A stretch of DNA of 64,000 nucleotides from Mobula hypostoma. Lineage: Eukaryota. The position numbers were made by a program, and so were the translations under genes. The notes below the pieces were generated by a model that saw nothing but the letters and a program-made list of their open reading frames with translations, did no database searches and was not told where the DNA came from. Every line of letters begins with the position of its first letter. Position 1 is the first letter of the stretch. Where the stretch lies: NCBI RefSeq assembly GCF_963921235.1, contig NC_086104.1, positions 4,464,001 to 4,528,000 on the forward strand, given 5' to 3'. Positions 33,778-48,234 of the stretch are shown here, piece by piece.

Positions 33778-36700
33778 GGCTGCCACAAGAAGGCACAGGT
33801 TTAAGGTGTTCGGGAGTAGGTACAGAGAAGATGTCAGCAGTAAGTTTTGAGATCCTATTGGCCGTTGATGGGGTAGCAGCGCTTTTGTAGGTGCTCCTGC
33901 TCTTTTTAATTTACTGTTTCCAACTTGTTTTGAAATCTTACTTTTAAATGCAATATTGCTTTATGATGAGTCATGCTAAAGCTACTGAAAAAGAAGAGGA
34001 CCCTCCTGTAACTTTGGAATCTATTATGGAGACACTTCGGAAGCAAAAAAGTGAACTTTCAGAGGAGTTCCAGCAACTCAGCACTGAATTTAAATGAATG
34101 GATTTAAAATTGGATTCTATTAAAAAAACTTTAATTGAATACGATAAACGGATAAAAGAGAATGAAGACAATTTGACGATGTTCAATGCGAAGATTGACG
34201 ACAGGAAGAGATCTGTGAAACATTAAGACAGAAGATTATCGACTTAGAAAATAGAAACAGAAGAAATAATTTACGTATTCTGGGTTTTAAAGAGCGATTG
34301 GAAGGTAATCAGCCTTCAGAATTTTTTGCAAACCTTTTGACTAATTTTTTTCTGAATATTTTAAAATCTCCACCTAAAATAGTCCAAGCTCACAGATCGC
34401 CTGTACCAAGACTTCCTCCAGGAGGACGACCACGTTCAGTAATAATTTCTCTCCACAACTTTCAAACAAAGGAACTTTTAATTCATGAATATCTTCGGAA
34501 AGTTATGATTGATTATCAAGACCAGAATTTCAGAATTGTGGAAGATTTTTTACCTGAGGCATTGAATGAACGCTTCAGGTTTTAAAAAGTAATGTTGGAG
34601 CTCTATAATAAAGGTTTTAAACCCTCTCTTCGGTACCCAGCTCGTCTTAAAATCATGTTGAAAAATGGCTCTCAGAAATGGTTTCGTTCGACTCAAGAGG
34701 TGCAGGATTTCTTGAGTGCCGAATCAATTTCAGAAGTTTAACTGTTCATTAACTCTTTACACAAATTTATGTTGCGTCTGCCTGATGGATCCTTTTTTTT
34801 AGAATCCGCAGTATAACTGTTCATTACTTTCTTTTATGAACAATTGCTTTTTTCTCTTTTGATATACTTTCGTGTTGAATTTTTTTTGTACTTCTATTTT
34901 CCTGTTTAGAAAATTAAGGATTTAATAGTAGTAAGTTTTCTTTGAGTTAATACTTTCTAAGTTAATATGTTTTGAACTTTCATATTTCTTTCTAAAATTT
35001 TTATACTACGATTTTTTATGAGGATTTTCTAATATGTTTAATTTTGCTCTATTTTTGTTGTGTCTTGTTGGAATGTAGTTCTGCCTTGAAATTTGTTTTT
35101 GGAGCTCAGGTAGTAGATTGTTTTGGGAGGGAAATGGTAGCTTTAGCTGTTGACTGCCCTTTAGTCGACTTTCTCCCTTTGGGCAGAGGGTGTGGGGGAC
35201 ATTTTCTTTTTTTCTATCAGCTATTTGGTTCTCTTATCTTCATTTGTTGCTTGGTTACTTTATCTTAAAGCTCATTGTTTGGATCTAATATATATCCCAG
35301 CAGTTTTTATTCAAACATCTCCTTTAAGCAATATTTAATATGGACCATATTTTTAATTTACTTAGTTTTAATGTGAAAGCATTAAACCATCCTGTGAAAC
35401 GTAATAAGATATTCAGTAATGGTAAGAAATTGAATGCCTCAATTATTTTTTACAAGAAACTCATGTTTGTAAATGTGATAATTTACGTATTTTCAGCCAT
35501 TGGAAGGATTTATCTTTCCATTCCTCCTTTCAGGCTAAGGCAAGAGGAGTTTCTATTCTTATAGATAATTCAGTTTCTTTCATTCAGCATAATGTAGTGT
35601 CTGATACAAATGGACACTTTATTATTGTGTCAGGGAAATTAGATAATAAATTAATGGTTTTTACTAATTTTTATGCCCCGAATATAGATAATTCAGGCTT
35701 TTTTGAACTTTTTTTTCGCTTTTACCAGATTTAAGTTTATATTCTTTGGTTTTAGGAGGAGACTTTAACTGTTGTCTAGATCCTGTTTTAGATCGTTCTT
35801 CTTCTAAATGATTGACTTGTTGTAGATCTGCCTCCTTTATCCAATCTTTTCTAATGAAATGCAATATTGTTGATGTTTGGCATTTTTTCATCCAACAGGT
35901 AAAGAGTACTCATTTTTTTCTCATGTTCATCATATGTATTCCAGGATTGATTATATTTTTGTTAAGAGCCAATTGATTCCATTGCTTTGATCCTGTGAAT
36001 ATAAAAGAAATTGCTGCTTCAGATCATGCTCCTGTACTTTTATCTTTAAATCTTCCGGGTGTCTCCCAAATAAACAGGTTCTGGCATTTTAATCCAATGT
36101 TGTTATCAGATAAAGATTTTTTAAAAGTTTTGGAGAGATAAATTTTTTTTTTTGATGAGAATATGCTGGACGAGAATTCTAGTCTTATTTTATGGGATGC
36201 TTTTAAGGCTTATATTAGAGGTCAAATTATTTCTTTTACCACAAGTGTTAACATAAAAGCTAATAAGGAGAGAATTGAATTAGCCAATCAGTTCAAACAA
36301 TTAGACCAAAAATATGCTTTGGGTCCAGATCCTGTTTTATATAAAAGACGTGTTGAAATTAAAACTAAATATGATCTGCTCTTAACTTATCCAATTGAAA
36401 TACAACTTTTAAAAGATAAAAGCCAGTTTTATGTTCATGGAGATAAAATGGGTAAAGTATTAGCTAAACAATTAAAGACCGTTACATTTAAAAGTCAATT
36501 TAAAGAAATTTGTAAAGCTAATGGTGATAAAACATCTGATCACTTAGAAATAAATGATGCTTTTAGAGAATTCTACTCTATAGTTCTGATCCTCCTAAAG
36601 ATAATACTCTAATGTGTATTTTTAGATCAATTAAACATTCCTACATTTTCTGACGATATTCGAAAATTGTTGGATCAACCTATTTCTTATGTGGAAATTG

Positions 36701-38669
36701 CCGAGGTTGTTCACTCTTTGCACTCAGGGAAGGCTCCAGGTCCGGATGGATTTTCTGGAGAGTTTTATAAGGTTCTTTTCCTCTTTGTTTACCTTTCAGT
36801 CCTTTCAGACTCTTTTAAATTAAGAAAGTTGCCACAATCTTTTTATGAAGCCTCTATTTCGCTTATGCTTAAAAAAGATTAAGGACCCAATTGAATACTC
36901 TTCTTATAGACCTATTACCTTACTTAATGTTGATACTAAAATTTTATCTAAACTTCTGGCTCGTAGGATTGAAAATATTTTGCCATCTATTATCTCTGAT
37001 GATCAGACTGGATTTATCAAAAATCGATACTCCCACTTTAATATTTGTCATTTATTGAATGCTATTTCCTACCCTTTTAAAGAGATTTTGGAATGTGTAA
37101 TAGCTTTAGATGCTGAGAAAGCCTTTGATCAGGTTGAATGGAATTACTTATTTAAAACTTTTGAAAAATTTAACTTTGGGCCCAATTTTATTCAATGGAT
37201 TAAATTACTTTATTTATCTCCCTCCACTCAGGTTCTTACTAACTCTCAGTACTGTAAACCATTTTCACTTTATCCTGGAACTAGACAAGGTTGTCCTTTG
37301 AGTCTTTTACTTTTTGATTTGGTCTAGAACCTTCAGCTATTGCTTTCCGGGAATCTAATGATATCACTGGTATTTTAAGGAGAGGTATTACCCACAAAGT
37401 TTCACTTTATGCTGATGACCTTTTGCTCTACATTTCTATTGTGGAGTCTTCTTTACCTTCTCTACTTTCTTTACGCTCCTGCTTTAGTCAGTTTTCAGGA
37501 TATAAACTTAACCTTCATAAGAGTGAACTTTTTCCTTTGAATAATTTGTTATTAGTTAATACTAACCTTCCTTTTAAAATTGTAAGAAATCAATTTACTT
37601 ATTTGGGCGTAACTATTACTAGGAATTATAAATTCCTTTTTAAAGAATTTTATTTACACTTCTGAATTATGTTAAGAAGGCACTTTCAAATCGGTCAATC
37701 CTCTCTTTATCGTTGCTTGGCCGAATAAATTCTATTAAAATTAATATTTTGCCTAAATTTTTATACTTATTTCAGGCCATACCCATTTTTATTCCTAAAT
37801 CCTTTTTTGATTCTTTGGATTCTATTATATCTTCTTTTACATGGAAAAATAAAATTTCTCAATTGAATAAATTTCATCTTCAAAAAACTAAAAAGAATGG
37901 AGGTTTAGCCTTACCAAATTTTAGGTTTTATTACTGGGCAGTCAATACCCGGAATCTTACGTTTTGGTTATATTATATTAATCGAGAGGACTGTCCGGTC
38001 TGGGTTTCTTTAGAAGCTAACTCTGTTAATAAATTTTCCATCATTTCTCTTCTCGGATCCTCAATTCCTTTATCTTTAAGTAATTTAACAGATAATTTTG
38101 TAGTTAAACACACTTTGAGGATTTGGGAACAATTTAGAAATTATTTTGGTTTATTGAGTTTTTTAAACTACTTTTTTAAACCTTCTATGTCTAATGTAGT
38201 TTTTAAAGAGTGGAATAGATTGGGTATTAAATGTTTTCATGATTTGTTTGTGGGAGAAACCCTCTCTTCATTTGAACAACTGTCAGTTAAGTATAGCCTA
38301 CCGAGAATTCACTTTTATCGATATTTACAAATTAGAGACTGTTTGCATTCTCAAGTGTGACAAGGTCCTGAATTACCCCTATAAACTGTGCTTCTGAAAA
38401 GAGAGAGAAACATTTGTTGTTTAACACAGACATCTTGTTGAAAAGAGAGAGAGAGGCGAAGACTGCTCACTGTTTATACTTTCTACAATGACACTGGCAG
38501 CTTCCAAGTTCTTACAGAGAGAGAAAGAAGAAGAGAGAGAGGCTAAGACTGCTCATAGTTTGTTTATACTTTCTGCAAGGCCACTGGTGGCTTTCAAGTT
38601 CTTACAGAGAGAAGAACAAGGAGCTGCTTGATGGACAGCTAGTATTCAGCGCGGTGAGAAAAATAGGTC

Positions 38670-41600
38670 TGTTGCCTCCCTGGTGCAAAGGTCCGCGATA
38701 TCTCAGATAGAGTTCTCAGTATTCTCAAGATGGAGGGTGAGCATCCGGGTGTCGTGGTCCATGTACGGACCAATGACATGGGTAGGAAGAGTGAGGAGGT
38801 CCTGAAAGGTGAGTTCAGGGAGTTAGATGCCAAGTTAAAGGACAGGACCTCCAGGATAGCAATCTCAGGATTGCTACCAGTGCCACGTGCAGGTGGGTTT
38901 AGAAATAGTAAGATAGCGCAGATCAACACGTGGCTGAAGACATGGTGCAGGAGGGAGGGCTTCAGATTTATAGATAATTGGGCAGTTTTCCAGGGAAGGT
39001 GGGACCTGTTCCGGCGGGACGGTCTACATCTGAACTGGAGGGGGACAAATATTCTTGCAGGTAGGTTTGCTAGAGAGGCTTCAGTGAATTTAAACTAGAT
39101 ACAAGGGGGGATGGGAACCAGAGTGTAGGAACAGATGTAGGGGAGACGGAAGAAAAAGAAGATAATAAAGTTGTTTGTATTGTTAGTGATAAACAGAGAG
39201 TAAGAGGTGGAAAATTTCTTAAATGCATTTATTTTAATGCTAGGAGCATTATAAGAAAGGTGGATGAGCTCAGAGCATAGATTGATACCTGGAAGTATGA
39301 TGTGGTAGCTATTAGTGAAACATTGTTGCAGGAGGGATGTGATTGGCAGCTAAATATTCCTGGATTTCATTGCTTCAGGTGCCATAGAATCGGAGGGACA
39401 AGAGGGGGAGGTGTTGCATTGCTTGTCAGAGTAAATATTACAGTGGTACTCTGGCAGGATTGATTAGAGGGCTCGTCTAGGGAGGGTATTTGGGTGGAAT
39501 TGAGGAATGGGAAAGGTGTAGTAACATTTTAGGGGTGTATTATAGACCACCTAATGGGGAGTGACAATTGGAGCAGCAAATTTGTAAGGAGACAGCAGAT
39601 ATTTGTAGTAAGCACAAGGAGTGATTGTGGGAGATTTTAATTTTCCACACATAGACTGGGAAGCCCATATTGTAAAAGGGCTGGATAGTTTGGAGTTTGT
39701 AAAATGTGTGCAGGATAGTTTTTTGCGGCAATAAATAGAGGTACCAACTAGAGAAGGGGCAGTGTTGAATCTCTTGTTAGGGAATGAGATAGGTCAGGTG
39801 ATGGAGGTATGTGTTGTGGAACACCTCGGGTCCAGTGATCACAATGCCATTAGTTTCAATGTAATTATGGAGAAGATTAGGTCTGGACCAAGGGTTGAGA
39901 TTTTTGATTGGAGAAAGGCTAACTTTGAGGAGATGCGAAAGGATTTAGAAGGAGTGGATTGGGACAATTTGTTTTATGGGAAGGATGTAATAGAGAAATA
40001 GTGGTCATTTGAAGGTGAAATTTTGAGGGTGCAGAATCTTCATGTTCCTGTTAGGTTGAAAAGATAGGTTAAAAGTTTGAGAGAGCCATGGTTTTCAAAG
40101 GATATTGGAAACTTGGTTCGGAAAAAGAGAGATAACTACAATAAATATAGGCAACATGGAGTAAATGAGGTGCTCGAGGAATATAAAGAATGTAAAAAGA
40201 ATCTTAAAGAAATTAGAGAAGTTAAAAGAAGATGCGAGGTTGCTTCGGCAAGTAAGACGAAAATAAATCCAAAGGGTTTCTACAGTTATAGTAATAGCAA
40301 AAGGATAGTGAGGGATAAAACTGGTCCCTTTGAGAATCAGAGTGGACGGCTATGCGCGGAGCCAAAAGAGATGGGGGAGATTTTGAACAATTTCTTTTCT
40401 TCGGTATTCATTAAGGAGAAGGATATTGAATTGTGTAAGGTAAGGGAAGCAGGTAGGGAAGTTATGGAAACTATGATGATTAAAAAGAGGATGTACTGGT
40501 ACTTTTAAGTAATATAAAAGTGGATAAGTCTCCAGGTCCTGACAGGAAATTCCCTAGGACCTTGAGGGAAGTTAATGTGGAAATAGCAGGGCTCTGACAG
40601 AAATATTTCAAATGTCATTAGAAACAGGGATGGTGCCAGAGGTTTGGCATATTGTTCATGTTGTTCCATTGTTTAAAAAGGGTTCTAAGAGTAAACCTAG
40701 CAATTATCAGCCTGTGAGTTTGACGTTAGTGGTGGGTAAATTGATGGAAGTATTCTTAGGGATGGTATATATAATTATCTGGATAGACGGGGTCTGATTA
40801 GGAACAGTCAACATGAATTTGTGCATGGAAGGTCATGTTTGACAAATCTTACTAAATTTTTTGAAGAGGTTACAAGGAAAGCTGACGAGGGTAAAGTGGT
40901 GGGTGTTGTCTATATGGACTTCAGTAAGGCCTTTGACAAGGTTCCACATGGAAGGTTAGTTAGGAAAATTCAATCGTTATGTATTAATATTGAAGTAGTA
41001 AAATGGATTCAGCAGTGGCTAGATGGTAGACGCCAGAGAGTAGTGGTGGTTAACTGTTTGTCAGATTGGAGGCCGGTGACTATTGATGTCCCTCAAGGAT
41101 CTGTCCTGGGTTCAGTGTTGTTTGTCATATACATTACTGATCTGGATGATAGGTGGGGTGGTAAATTGGATTAGAAAGTATGCAGATGATACTAAGATAG
41201 GTGGTATTGGATAATGAAGTAGGTTTTCAAAACTTGCAGAGAGATTTAGGCCAGTTAGAAGAGTGGGCTGAAAGAAGGCAGATGGAGTTTAATGCTGATA
41301 AATGTGAGGTGCTTTATTTTGGTAGGACTAATCAAAATGGGACATACATGGTAAATGGTAGGGCATTGAAGAATGCAGTAGAAAAGAGGGATCTAGGAAT
41401 AATAGAAACATAGAAACATAGAAAATAGGTGCAGGAGTAGGCCATTCGGCCCTTCGAGCCTGCACCGCCATTTATTATGATCATGGCTGATCATCCAACT
41501 CAGAACCCAGCCTTCCCTCCATACCCCGTGACCCCTGTAGCCACAAGGGCCATATCTAACTTCCTTTTAAACATAGCTAATGAACTGGCCTCAACAGTTT

Positions 41601-42645
41601 GCTGTGGCAGAGAATTCCACAGATTCACCACTCTCTGTGTGAAGAAGTTTTTCCTAACCTCGGTCCTAAAAGGCTTCCCCTCTATCCTCAAACTGTGACC
41701 CCTCGTTCTAGACCTCCCCAACATCGGGAACAATCTTCCCGCATCTAGCCTGTCCAATCCCTTTAGGATCTTATACGTTTCAATCAGATCCCCCCTCAAT
41801 CTTCTAAATTCCAACGAGTACAAGCCCAGTTCATCCAGTCTTTCTTCATATGAAAGACCTGCCATCCCAGGAATCAATCTGGTGAACCTTCTTTGTACTC
41901 CCTCTATGGCAAGGATGTCTTTCCTCAGATTAGGGGACCAAAACTGCAAATGGTGCATAGTTCCCTGAAGGTGGAATCTCATGTGGATAGGATGGTGAAG
42001 AAAGCTTTTGGTACGCTCACCATTACAAATCAGAGCATTGAGTATAGGAGTTGGGATGTAATGTTAGAATTGTACAAGGCATTGGTAAGGCCAAATTTGG
42101 AGTATTGTGTACAGTTCTGGTCACCGAATTATAGGAAAGATGTCAACACAAAATAGAGAGTGTACAGAGAAGATTTACTAGAATGTTACCTGGGATTCAG
42201 AGCTAAGTTACAGAGAAAGTTTGAACAAGTTGGGTCTTTATTCTTTGGAGTGTAGAAGGTTGAGGAGGGACTTGATAGAGGTATTTAAAATTATGAGGGG
42301 GATAGATAGAGTTGATGTAGATAAGTTTTTTTCCATTGAGAGTAAGGGAGAATCAAACAAGAAGACATGAGTTGAGAGTTAGGGGGCAAAAGTTTAGGGG
42401 TAACATGAGGGGGAACTTCTTTACTCAGAGAGTGGTAGCTGTGTGGAATGAGCTTCCAGCGGAAGTGGTAGAGGCAGGTTCGATATTGTCATTTAAAGTA
42501 AAATTGGATAGCTATATGGGCAGGAAAGGGATGGAGGGTTATGGGGTGAGTGCAGGTCGGTGGGACAAGGTGAGAGTAAGCGTTCGGCAAGGACTAGAAG
42601 GGCCGAGATGGCCTGTTTCCATGCTGTAATTGTTATATGGTTATA
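38670..42645 (+). mobile_element. CR1 (ttatatgg-tail subfamily), esterase to 3' tail, inside the solo LTR
   Basis: AGGTC repeated at 38665-38669 and 42646-42650; closely similar to the 5740-9347 copy. Confidence 0.9.
41404..41948 (-). mobile_element. CR1 3' end (tttctatg-tail subfamily) nested in CR1
   Basis: ORF 41500-41982; host reads ggaataat|ggtgcatag across it. Confidence 0.9.
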
Positions 42646-43060
42646 AGGTCAGATGATAGATCTACAGACACATAGTTTTGGACACTGCATGAGCTTTGTT
42701 GTGCCCACAGGAAAGGTGTGTTTTGGTGGATTGATCACGCGGATCGATCAGTGGTTCTTGTAGTATGAAAAGGGTGTGACTGGTGGGGAGTTGTTCATGT
42801 GCCCGACCCTCGCCTGGGTTGATAATTCCACCACAGAAGAACGGTCCCCTTTGTTGTTGTCCCAGTCGGTGACTTCTATAGGATTTCAGAGGACAACGGG
42901 AAGATCAATGGCATCAGCTCACCTGAAGACTCAAATCTCTCCCTCTCTCTCTCTCCATCACTACTCAAGTCAATACCATGAACTAAACTGAACTGTACTC
43001 ATCTTCATAAGACTATTTGTTTACCCCTAGACTTGAAGAAGCTAGGTTTTCATATATTTT

Positions 43061-43075
43061 CACACACACACAGTC

Positions 43076-43108
<33 letters not shown>

Positions 43109-43124
43109 TATATATATATATATA
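43061..43124. repeat. Compound (CA)/(TA) microsatellite within the LTR
   Basis: Alternating ca and ta runs. Confidence 0.9.
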
Positions 43125-43669
43125 AAATCATTGCTAACCTGTTTGATATATATGCATTTATATTACTGTATTGCGTAGTTACTAATAAATACCATTAGTT
43201 AATAGCAATACTGCACTCTAAAGTGCTTTCCATTTCTGCTGGTTCTTTAACCCGTCACGGGGTACGTCACACGAGTACATACATTTCCTAAAAGTCCAGA
43301 TAAAAATTTATTTGATGTGATTTTTAATTTTAAACCTTTCCATAGGGCATCTATATCTAATATTTATGGTATGTTGTTGGGAATGAGAAATATTCCTTTA
43401 GATAAAATTAAAAATCTTTGGGAACAAGTTTTACAGATTTCAATTTCTGAGGACACTTGGAATGAAATTTTTAAATTGGATAATTCCTCATCGTTATGTG
43501 CCCGTCATTCCCTTCTACAAGTTAAAGTGGTTCATAGGTTCTAAAGATAAACTGTCTCATTATTATTCGGATATATCTCCCTATTGTGATAGATGTAATA
43601 ATGGAGGAGCTTCACTAATCCATATGTTTTGGACTTGTCCGAGTCTTGAAAAATATTGGAATCACATTG

Positions 43670-46000
43670 TAACCCATCAAATATATGAGGCCCTTGTAGA
43701 GCTATTTGCTTTATTGTTAGCTACTGGTGAATTTCCATAAGACTGGAGAGTGGCTGGTGTTGTTCCAATGTTCAAGAAGGCTGGTAAGGTAGGCCAGGGA
43801 ACTGCAGGCCGGTGAGCCTGCATTCTGTGATAGGGAAGTTACTGGAGGGAATTCTGAGGGTCAACACACTCAGTGGTGGAGGAACTCAACAGATCAGGGG
43901 ACATCCACAGAGAGGATTAAACAGTCAACATTTCAGGATGAGACCCTTCAGCGAGACTGGGAAAGAAGGGGGAAGAAGTCAGAATAGGAAGGTGGAAGGG
44001 GAAGGAATACAAGCTGACAGGTGATACGTGAGACCAGGTGAGAGGGAATTTGGGGGTGATATGAGAATCTGGGAGGTGACGGGAGGAAGATCTAGAGATC
44101 CGAGGAAGAAGGGCTCTGATTGAAAAGGAGTGTAAGGCACACCATCACTTGGACAGTTGAGGCCGGATCAGGAAATGGATCATCTATGAGAAGACTTGAT
44201 GGGCTGAGTGGCCTAATTCTGCTACAATGTTTCACGGTCTTATGGTCTGATCAGAAATAGTCAGCATAGTTTTTGTGCATGTGTGGTCATGCTTTTGGTG
44301 TTTCCCAAAGAAGTAACTAAAGGGCTAGATGAAGGTAGGGCAGTATATGTTGTCCGTATGGATTTTAGTAAGAACTTTGACAAACTCCTGCAAATTAGGA
44401 TGGCCTGCAAGGTAGGGTTGCATGGGATTCAGGGGGAGCTAGAGAGGTGGATCCAGAATTGGTGCAATGATAGGAAGCAGAGGGTGATAGTTGCAGGTCG
44501 ATTCTCCGACTGAATTCTGATTAACAAAGTTACTGATGATACTAAATTAAGGGAATTTGTTGATGGTGAAGCAGATTACAAGTTACTGGTAGAGAGTTTA
44601 GTACTGATCAAACACAAAGAACTCAAAACTAGTCATTGCCTACAATTCATAAATTTAAAGGGAGCCGTTCCTTACAACGTCTCCACCAACGTAAGGTTAC
44701 AATTCAAATTTATACAGTAAATCTAATCACACTTGGCCAGCCGGTCTCCAGACTCTGTTTCTGTAATATACACAACATTAGCACCTATACAATCGGTTCC
44801 TCATTGATTGCAAGGGGATCTGGATCATCAGCGATGGGATGAGGAATGGTGATAAACCCGATGTTTTTAAAGCACTGGGCTGAATCAGAAAGGTTGTGTA
44901 CAGGCCGAATCAAGATGTTGTGGTCCAAGTACTGGAGCATACAGAAATGACTGAAACTGATGTTTGGATGATGATTTCGGTGCTCACCACATTGAAAGGG
45001 TCAGGCTGTCGGTGCCCGAGGTGAGGGTTGGGCAGGTTCAGTTCGTTGCCCTGCTCTGTGCTGTACCAAGGGTCCATGAACAAACTCTCTCTGTGGACCA
45101 TCAGCACACTGTTTGTTTGCATTTATTGTTTGCATGATATCTTTTGTTTTCTCTGCACACTGGGTGTTTGACGGTCTTTTTTTAAATTGTTTCTTTTGGG
45201 TTTCTTTGTTTCGTGGTTGCCTGTTAGGAGACGAATCTCAAGGTTGTATAATGTATACATACTTTGATAATAAATGTACTTGAATTTAAACCTATGATTT
45301 CAGCTTAGATAAGAGTGAAGTGATGTAATTTGGGAAGCGAGAGGATTGTACTATGAATGGTAGAGCACCAGCTAGAGTAATGGAACAGAGGGATCTCGGA
45401 GTACAAGTGTATAGTTTGTTGAAAGTGGCGTCACAGGTAGACAGCTTGGTGAAGAAAGCATTTAACCGTCAGCCAGGACATTGAGAGTAAGATTTGACAG
45501 AGTATGGTCCATTTGTGTAAATTATTGGTGAGACTTGGAGTACTGTGTACAGTTTTGGTCACTCTGTTAGCAGAATGACATTGTCAAGCTGGAAACAGTG
45601 CTGAAGAGATTTATGGAGATGCTGCCTGGATGAGAGGGCCTGAGTTATAGGGAGAGATTGGTCACACTTGATCTTTATTCCCCGGAAAACTGGAGAACGA
45701 GAGGTGACCTCAGAGCAGTTAGTAAAATCAGGAGGAGTATGGATAATGTGGACAGTCACAGTCCTTTCCCCAGAGTTGGAAAGTCCAAACCTTGAAGAGA
45801 CAGGTACAAGATAAGAGGCATTAAAAGAGACCTGAGGGGTAACTTCTTTACAGTGGGGGTACTTAGTATCTGGAATGAGATGTCAGAGGAAGAGGTCAAG
45901 CTGGATCCAATTGCAACCTCTGAGTCATTTCAATAGGTGCTTGGAGGTTTATGTTCCAAACACAGGTAACTAGGACCAGCAGGGAGGATGCTGTAGTCAG
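43670..46000 (+). mobile_element. Old CR1 fragments with a Penelope-type end (43860-44130) and an unassigned LINE tail (about 45100-45290)
   Basis: MDFSKNFDK..WIQNW at 44283-44513; degenerate hammerhead-like core at 43920-43960. Confidence 0.6.
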
Positions 46001-46269
46001 CAATGTCCAGTCAGGCTGAAGGGCCTTTGTTTGTGCTGTAATACTCTGTGACTAACACCACAGACCCTAGTGAAAGAAACCTTGCTTTTCAAGAGGTATT
46101 GAGGCCCTGGTTCAGAGAAAAAGGGTGTATAGCAGGCATAAGAAAATGAGGTGTTTATGGAGTATAAGGAATGCAAGAGAACACTTAAGAAAGAAATCAG
46201 GAAGGCTAAACGAAAGTGTGAAGTTGCAGACAAGGTGAAGGAGAATCGTAAAGGATTCTACAGGTATAC

Positions 46270-47175
46270 ATAGAACATAGAACATAGAATAGTACAGCAC
46301 AGTACAGGCCCTTTGGCCCACAATGTTGTGCCGACCCTCAAACACTGCCTCCCATATAAGCCCCCACCTTAAATTCCTCCATATACCTGTCTGGTAGTCT
46401 CTTAAACTTCACGAGTGTATCTGCCTCCACCACTGACTCAGGCAGTGCATTCCATGCACCAACCACTCTCTGAGTAAAAAACCTTCCCCTAATATCCCCC
46501 TTGAACTTCCCACCCCTTACCTTAAAGCCATGTCCTCTTGTATTCAGCAGTGGTGCCCTGGGGAAGAGGTGCTGGCTATCCACTCTTATCTATTCCGCTT
46601 ATTATCTTGTACACCTCTATCATGTCTCCTCTCATCCTCCTTCTCTCCAAAGAGTAAAGCCCTAGCTCCCTTAATCTCTGATCATAATGCATACTCTCTT
46701 CCACATCCTTCCTATAGTGAGGCGACCAGAACTGGACACAGTACTCCAAGTGTGGCCTAACCAGAGTTATTACATCGCAACTCTTAAACTCTATCCCTCG
46801 ACTTATGAAAGCTAATACCCCATAAGCTTTCTTAACTACCCTATCCACCTGTGAGGCAACTTTCAGGGATCTGTGGATATGTACTGCCAGATCCCTCTGT
46901 TCCTCCACACTACCAAGTATCCTGCCATTTACTTTGTACTCTGTCTTGGAGTTTGTCCTTCCAAAGTGTACCACCTCACAGTTCTCTGGGTTGAACTCCA
47001 TCTGCCACTTCTCAGCCCACTTCTGCATCCTATCAATGTCTCTCTGCAATCTTTGACAATCCTCTACACTATCCACAACACCACCAACCTTTGTGTCGTC
47101 TGCAAACTTGCCAACCCACCCTTCTACCCCCACATCCAGGTCGTTAATGAAAATCACGAAAAGTATTGGTCCCAG
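46270..47175 (-). mobile_element. CR1 3' part (ctatgtt-tail subfamily) with internal deletions
   Basis: FINDLD..FADD at 46576-47157; tail atagaac repeats at 46270-46290. Confidence 0.9.
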
Positions 47176-47639
47176 AACAGAAGTCCCAGTATGTTAAGAG
47201 AAAAATGGATTCCAAGTGACAAAATTGGTCCTTTGGAAGTCCAGAATGTTAATCCATATGGGAGATCTTAAATGCATTTTTGGCATTTGTAGTTACTTGG
47301 GAGACAGACACAGAGAAGTGAAGCAAAGCAGCATCAACTTCATGGAACCCAGAGGAGGAGGTGCTTGCTACCCTTAAGAAAATGAGGGTGGATAAATCCC
47401 CAGGGCCTGATGAGCAGTTTCCTTGGACCCTACGGGAGGCAACTGCAGAAATTGCAGGGGCCCGAGTAGAGATATTTAAAACATCCTTAGTGACAGAAGA
47501 GCTACTGGAGGATTGGAGGACAGCAAATGTTGTTCTGCTGGTTAAAAAAGGCTCTAAACAGAAGCAGGAAATTATTGGCTGGTGAATCTGACGTCAGTGA
47601 GGGAAAGTTATTGGAAGGTATTCTCAGGGACCGGATATA

Positions 47640-47865
47640 CAGTGCCTATAAAAATTATTTGCCCCCTGCCCTGCCTTGGAACTTTTCATGTTTTAAACAT
47701 TAAATCACAGAGGATTTAATTTGGCTCCTTTGACGCTGATCAACAGAAGGCTTTTTTAATGTCGAAATGTGAACAAATTTCTGCAAATTGGTCTAAACTT
47801 ATTACAGTTATAAAACACAAAAGAAATGATTACATAATTACTCATCCTTTCAAGCTAGTATTTAG
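47640..47865 (+). mobile_element. Tc1-family left end
   Basis: TA|CAGTGCCTATAAAAA terminus typical of Tc1-like TIRs. Confidence 0.7.
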
Positions 47866-48234
47866 AAAATTGTGAGTGGACATCTCCTTTCCTTAACCTT
47901 CAGGGTGTTCTGCACAAGGACATCCAAGTCCCTCTGCATCTTAGATTGTAATATCTTAGGTTTTTAAAAGAACATTTCCATTTCGCCACCAGAATCACTA
48001 ACACTACCTCTTTCTGAACCCTGGGGTGCAGCTCATCTGGCCCGGGTGACTTATGTACCTTCATGTCTTTCAGCTTTTTGAGGACCTTCTCTCTTGTAAC
48101 AGTAGCCGAATCCACTTCTCTTCCCTCACACCCTTCAACATCTGGCACGCTGCTAGCATCTTCCACAGTGCAGACTGAGGCAAAATACCCATTTAGTGTG
48201 TGTTGTTCTGCATTTCCATTACCTGCAGAATCTC

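Larger units (their letters stand above)
30590..33850 (+). mobile_element. CR1 RT/3' region interrupted by two antisense CR1 copies
   Basis: RT QHGF..GVPQG..FADD at 30600-31270; host resumes at about 32582-32860 and 33780-33850. Confidence 0.85.
38356..43271. mobile_element. Solo LTR (about 0.9 kb net) inside L1, itself interrupted by CR1
   Basis: TGTGAC...GTCACA termini; 4-bp TSD caag (38352-38355) / cgag (43272-43275). Confidence 0.8.
33860..43660 (+). mobile_element. Decayed near-full-length L1 LINE, split by a nested insertion at 38356-43271
   Basis: ORF1 DLENRNRRNNLRILG at about 34240; ORF2 EN at 35340; RT KAPGPDG, YRPITLLN, DQTGF, GTRQGCPLS and YADD (37410); CCHC YCDRC..HMFWTC at 43590-43640. 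The frame LHSQ|VHTFPKS is continuous across the insertion. Confidence 0.92.
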
